From Mobula hypostoma (lineage: Eukaryota), in NCBI RefSeq assembly GCF_963921235.1, contig NC_086106.1, forward strand, positions 25,358,001 to 25,422,000: DNA of 64,000 nt, given 5' to 3'. Position 1 is the stretch's first letter. The number at the start of each line of letters is the position of its first letter. Positions 62,384 through 64,000 of the stretch are shown here, one piece after another. The position numbers and the translations under genes were made by a program. The notes below the pieces were generated by a model, which was given only the letters and a program-made list of their open reading frames with translations, did not search any database and had not been told where the DNA came from.

Positions 62384-63270
62384 ATTCACTCGCTTCAGCC
62401 CCGATAGGATCTCAAATCACTTACAAGAATTATCAACATGACAGATAATGGAGAGTAAACGTATCAGAAGAAGATTCAATGGTGCAATGCTCAACGATTG
62501 CAAAATAAAACCAGAACAAAGGCTATATGAGAACTCGTCATAATCCAGTTACGTTGAAACCCCCATTTTGCTTTTNNNNNNNNNNNNNNNNNNNNNNNNN
62601 NNNNNNNNNNNNNNNNNNNNNNNNNNNNNNNNNNNNNNNNNNNNNNNNNNNNNNNNNNNNNNNNNNNNNNNNNNNNNNNNNNNNNNNNNNNNNNNNNNNN
62701 NNNNNNNNNNNNNNNNNNNNNNNNNNNNNNNNNNNNNNNNNNNNNNNNNNNNNCCCCTCTCCCCACTCTACCTCTCGCCATTTATCTGTTTATCTATCGT
62801 TCTCTCTTTATCTTGGTCTCTCTTTCTCACTCTTTTGTTCTATCCCAACCTACCCTCTCTCGCTCTCACTCCAGACATTGATTTCTATTTCTCTGTTTAT
62901 CTACATGTTTGAACGCTCTAACAACTCACTCTCGCTTTCTTTGCCATTCTGCCCCTGCTCTATCCTTTTTCACAGCATGTCACTCCATACTAACCAGCGT
63001 ATCAGCGACGATTCCTCCGAGTCATCCGCAACGTTATGACTTTCCGCTGCTGCTGTTATCTAACTTATTATTAGCCTTTTAAGTTTTTGACGGAACACAT
63101 TTCAATCTTCCAGAACCCCGTTGGATTAGTCTTGTCAATAGCATATCAAATATCTATTCCCAGGGACGAGCTGGAATTAGATTTTTAACGGATTTGGAAG
63201 GCTCCGGCTAGAGCAGGTAAACATTGCGAACACTGAGGTGTCCAGATCCTGTATCGCCGGGGAACGTTGG

Positions 63271-63673
63271 TGCTGAACTGCGCAAAACTATTCAGTGGAT
63301 TCCGGCACGATTCCCTCGAACTTATTTAAGCGGAACAACTTTGTCCAGAGACCCGAAATATTACTGGACTGTCTTCGCGTAGAACAATATTTCCTGCCAT
63401 GAATATTTTCATCGGTTTTCCAGAATATTGGACGCACGACAAACAGGTTCTGCCAGATGCCAAGTGACTGCAGCTCAGTGGCACGGTTTCCCCTTCCACG
63501 GTCATTAAATCTCTCTTTATGAGGTTCACAAAATCTGCCTTACTTGTCCCTGTATCAAACCCCGAAAGCGTGAGGGGCGCCTGAACGCAGTCAACTTGGA
63601 GGGCACGCTCTGACAGCTTCGCCTGATTCAACAAACAGAGTAGTAAGTATAAAGAACATCGCAGCGGGAACAT
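63271..63673 (-). pseudogene. Decayed V of a further family
   Basis: Hydrophobic leader MFPLRCSLYLLLCLL, AG acceptor, GTSKADFVNLIKRDLMTVEGETVPLSCSH...VQYSGKP..., end VPESTE*FCAVQ. Confidence 0.75.
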
Positions 63674-64000
63674 GGTGATTTGAATGAAATAAAGAGCAAG
63701 ATTTGAAGATGTTACTCCGATAAAACAGAAGTTACTCAAGTAAGTACGAGAGACTTTCCGGGAGATTCGGCGCTTTCGTTTCGATGTATATTCGTCTCCC
63801 CTCTCACTTCCTATGTTCCTATGGGAGAGTTTACTGCCGATCACCTGTCGGGGATATTGGAATGAGAAGAATGCTTGACTGTAACATCGAAACAGCGACT
63901 GCTGTCTCCTCTCTCGCTTTCCAACAAACCGTATCAGACTCTCCCTTGTTAGTATGAGAGACAGAAAGCCTGTGGGACAAAGAAATGATGCAGTAAACAG

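Noticed and set aside
63570-63585. Oppositely oriented CTCF-like GCGTGAGGGGCGCC in a pseudogene intron
   Set aside because: Weak 5' half and poorly conserved in the 53.5-kb paralog
63326-63844. 172-aa ORF as a novel intronless gene
   Set aside because: Read-through of leader, intron and V exon of a decayed V; it stops before C104
1-64000. NAR-TCR, TAILV or IgH-like V, and D/J/C segments
   Set aside because: Well-preserved V genes have their own leaders and TCR-type frameworks; no FGxG J with a 12-RSS, doubly flanked D, leaderless supporting V or C exon was found by eye

Overview
Vertebrate antigen-receptor locus, most likely a cartilaginous fish (inferred from the CR1/Rex1/Penelope/RTE repeat repertoire and the V sequences). 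The window is a V-segment array of T-cell receptor alpha/delta type, with every segment on the minus strand. Each V has a 46-nt leader exon, an intron of about 80-90 nt, a V exon and a 23-bp-spacer RSS. Five V genes look potentially functional (3.5, 14.1, 26.4, 35.3 and 46.6 kb). About ten are clear pseudogenes, and a dozen or more highly decayed fossil V exons sit between them. No D, J or C segment and no NAR-TCR or IgH-like V was found. The array was built by tandem duplication of V+LINE cassettes, one with a period of about 12.3 kb. The main non-coding finding is a module just downstream of nearly every RSS: a co-oriented CTCF-like motif 12-27 bp past the nonamer, then an E-box 44-47 bp further. 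It persists in three diverged V families and even at dead V segments. Other points are RSS-centred deletions (one flush with the RAG cut site), a germline V-V fusion, a conserved extra FR3 cysteine, and an otherwise intact V with a shortened CDR2. Three N gaps are present. All alignments were done by eye; CTCF binding, RAG involvement and chain assignment are inferences.
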